Assembly: GCA_002269645.1 (NCBI GenBank)
Contig: NIVC01000632.1
Coordinates: forward strand, 310,001 to 374,000
Source of the DNA: Macrostomum lignano
Lineage: Eukaryota
Reading direction: 5' to 3'
Length of the DNA: 64,000 bases
This document shows, in pieces, positions 60,401 through 64,000 of this stretch (its first letter is position 1; each line of letters starts with the position of its first letter). Both the position numbers and the translations under genes were made by a program. Below the pieces are notes generated by a model. The model was not told the origin of the DNA and searched no databases. It saw only the letters and a list, made by a program, of their open reading frames with translations.

Positions 60401-63400
60401 ATCACTAAATCACTAACATATATGATGAATTCAATAGACTCTGCACTTTTCAGATATCTTTACTAAACTCAAGACCCGTAATACCATTAATTAATTTTTA
60501 CCTTTCTAAATCTTTTAAAACTGCTTACGCTTAAAAGTATAAAAGAATTGACCTAAAAAACCAATCGCACAGCACGGCACGGAGGTGTCCCAGCTGAGCA
60601 GCAGCGGACGGCAGAGCTACCGAACTCTCAAAGCCAGGGTAAAATCTGACAGTGTTGACGAGAATCAACGCAGACAGAAAAATTTCAAATAGAAATCCGT
60701 CATGCTTCTTTCATAAGAGCTCGATCGTTTCTCTTCTCTAAACTGAATTTTCCTACTCAATTATTGATAGACAGATCAAACAGAGCCATCGGTGCTTTTC
60801 TAGCTTATAGTATTGGCTGTTAAAAGTACATAAACTGTGCCTGATTATGTCTATAATAGCTTGTTGCCACCATCCTGCATCTTTCTTGTTGTAGAACTGT
60901 TTAGTTTTACCTAAGTAATTCATCTTTTCACCAAGAAAGGCGTGCTATAAATTTTTTCCTGGCTATTCTTAGTCCGCACCAACCCGATCCATTAAGCTTA
61001 ATCAGGTCAAACAAACCAACCTTTCATTAAGTAATTATGCAAAGTGTAGAGTAAAGGTCCCGGCAAACAGCAAACAAATCTTCTCAATTATAACAAAATA
61101 AATCTGAATTCGAAAACTGGAAATCCCGCAGCTCGAAGGCGAATCCACTGGAGCCAGAGATGAGGAGCGAGAGAGGCGGTTGTTCCCAGATAAGAGTCTG
61201 GGCAACATGAAAATCACCTGCCACGACTTGACGCCAGATTTTCTCATATTTGGCACCGATGTAAGAGACTTGTATGAAAAAACGATTAGACAGTCTCGTT
61301 AATCGGAATCTATTCCATTTTAACAAAGCGCAAATGCTCGCTTCTTTTTTTCAGACGGGCAGCGTGTACTTTTTCTACATGGAGGACTGGGAGTTCTCCC
61401 ATGATATCAAGCATACCTGCGGGATAAAGAAGATCTTTCCAAATTTGTACGGCACCCGAGTGATAATCTTTGACGACAGAGCCGAGGCGTTTGTCTGCAA
61501 TCCGGTGAGGGAGCCAGGTTTCTATGGTGGCTATTCTTAGTATTTTGGGGTTCTCCGATCGTTGCTATATATGTATATGCAATTATTGAATATGCATTTA
61601 GCCTAAAATGGGAGGCGTTCTTACTGGTTGTATAGAGCTAGCTCCCCTATTGGTGGCTATTTTTAGAATCTAGGGGCACAGTTTGTGGAGTGTACATTTA
61701 GCAGAAATCCGCGCTTCATTGTCATTGGCTGCTATTTTTAGAAGTTTAAAAGGTGTACGGATTGCCTTTCCCATGAACACTAGCTGTATAGTGGCGAAAA
61801 ACATTCTTCTATAATTTAAACAAATATTTCAGCTGACCGATCACATGATCCCGATACCGAACTTCAACGCGCGCACGATGGGAGCTATGTGGGATCAGAA
61901 TTTTAACGATCAGGTATGTCTTCGAATACAACTTAACTGACGCATTGCTCCAAATATTTCTCATGGATTTTTGCCTACTAATATTAAATTTGCAGTATAA
62001 TAAAGATTGTTTACCTAAAAAACAATTTCCACAGAACTTATTCGTTACTATGACTGACGTTGTCGTAGATGCTTATTATATGGAAGATGCTGTGGAAGGT
62101 AAATTAATACTGTAGTTGGCATTTTGTGGTCGGAGCAACTAACAGGTGCAATAGTAATCCAAAGCTAACTCACCGAATAGATGGCACTTTGTGTAAATAT
62201 GAAACCCCATTATAGACTAACTACTCGCTAATTCAATTTTGTAATCCCATAATTGCTTTTGATGGTTTTGCGTTACTAACCTGCCTGTTGATAATTAATC
62301 GGTTTCGTTTGGCGACGACCCTCAGAATTACTATGGTGATTCTCTGTTGTTGTTGCAAGTGAATTTAATTAACCATATGCCTTAGTGGCGGGCCACAAGA
62401 CGATTCGATAATTTATTGATTAGATTCCATGATTTTGACTTAACAAAGCATTTTTAAATATTTGCAATTAGTCTACTTACAGTAGGCAAGTTAATTTTTA
62501 CTAACTATAAACGCATTTCTTTTCAATTTGCAATTCCTACTTAAATTTAGTTTCTTTCTAACAAAAAACGTGACTAAACGACTGACACAACGAACAGGAG
62601 GTCTTTATCACATTCGACGAGCACAGTGTCTTCACCCACCTGCTAGTGGCTGACGCGGTCGCCGCTGTTGCAGCCGACAGCTCAGGTGGAAAGGCGGCAG
62701 GTCAGCAGCGCTCCGCAGCCATGGCTGATGGAGAGGCCAGCTTCATTGGTGGCAGGCAAACCAAGTCTGCCGACTCAATGCAGGGGATCAGTAAGGGAGG
62801 GATAGCTCCACGCAGGCGATCAATCACTGGGGAGTTTTATGTATCGAAAGCATACTTTTCTTCTTTGGAATTCAATCCTGATATTGCTCCTGTTTTATCT
62901 TAATAATACTAGCTAGTCTATTGAAGTCTGAAATTTATTTCTTTTTCTTGCCAGTCCCACTAGCCTTGGGCTTGTTTATCACACGATTCGAGCTGCCCGC
63001 ATCTCTTATAAGCTTTCACTGCTGAAATTTACTGATTGCACGCATTGGAGTTACGCTTAAATTTCAGAAGTCAAAAGTAAAAAATAATGAATTTAATAGT
63101 TTTACTACTAGACTTGATATTCTACTCAAAATCAGAAGTAGGTAGAGTTAGACTTTTTCAAAATAAATCATACAGTTAGTAGTTATTCTATCAGTTTCAC
63201 TTGTGCTAGAGCAACAATCGCTACTGATTACTTCCGGATTACATAATAAGTAGTACGGTTTGCACTCGCTGTGGCTAAGCTTGCTTAAATCTGTGCTGCA
63301 TTTAGTCGTGTTGACACTGATCAATTAGAGTTGAACTATTGCTATATATAGACACTAATGGAGTTTCCCCTGCCCGACCTTGGGAATTCCCTGTCTCAAG

Positions 63401-63576
63401 GTCCGACATGCGAGCACATCTGCACCACCAAGCTGCCCTACGATCATTCGCCTCTGCTGCTGAACGGTGGCCAGGTGTTTATGCACAACCAGGGAGGCAA
63501 GCTGGCCAGCATGCTGCTGGGCTCCCACAGCTACCTGGATTCGCTGGACAAGCTGGATGAGCTCACAGTGAAAGAG
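57405..63576 (+). CDS. WDR19: WD repeat protein 19 / IFT144 (IFT-A), 5' part, runs off the window; exons 57405-57410, 57822-57913, 58014-58079, 58166-58291, 58366-58873, 59129-59461, 60019-60243, 61132-61260, 61355-61504, 61833-61913, 62598-62790, 63401-63576
   Basis: Colinear with human WDR19: MK|[109 protein letters not shown]. Splice phases are consistent. Confidence 0.97.
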
Positions 63577-63578
63577 GT

Positions 63579-64000
<422 letters not shown>

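Overview
Eukaryotic (animal) genomic DNA with GC-rich exons, AT-rich introns and roughly a third of the window in tandem repeats. The style suggests a lophotrochozoan such as the flatworm Macrostomum, but that is inference only. I could reconstruct four spliced genes by hand, all with GT-AG, phase-consistent introns: a complete carnitine palmitoyltransferase 1 (+, 1720-7310, 9 exons, ~781 aa); an SLC6 amino-acid-type transporter (-, 40448-22902, 8 exons, ~835 aa, first exon inferred); dynactin p24/DCTN3 (-, 48636-45980, 3 exons, ~178 aa); and the 5' part of WDR19/IFT144 (+, 57405 to beyond the window end, 12 exons seen). Mobile DNA includes three hAT-like MITEs, a tRNA-derived SINE, and decayed Ty3/gypsy gag and LINE fragments. 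Most ORFs in the supplied track are tandem-repeat artefacts. The best lead is a 5.3-kb segment (13832-19148) bounded by 21-bp imperfect terminal inverted repeats and flanked on both sides by near-identical (CA)9 tracts. It carries a phase-consistent spliced cargo with a weakly chromodomain-like exon and a four-unit tandem array. Other leads are a possible 120-nt in-frame exitron in WDR19, unusual substrate/Na2-site residues in the SLC6, and a 111-bp palindromic element. No prokaryotic system or CRISPR array is present.
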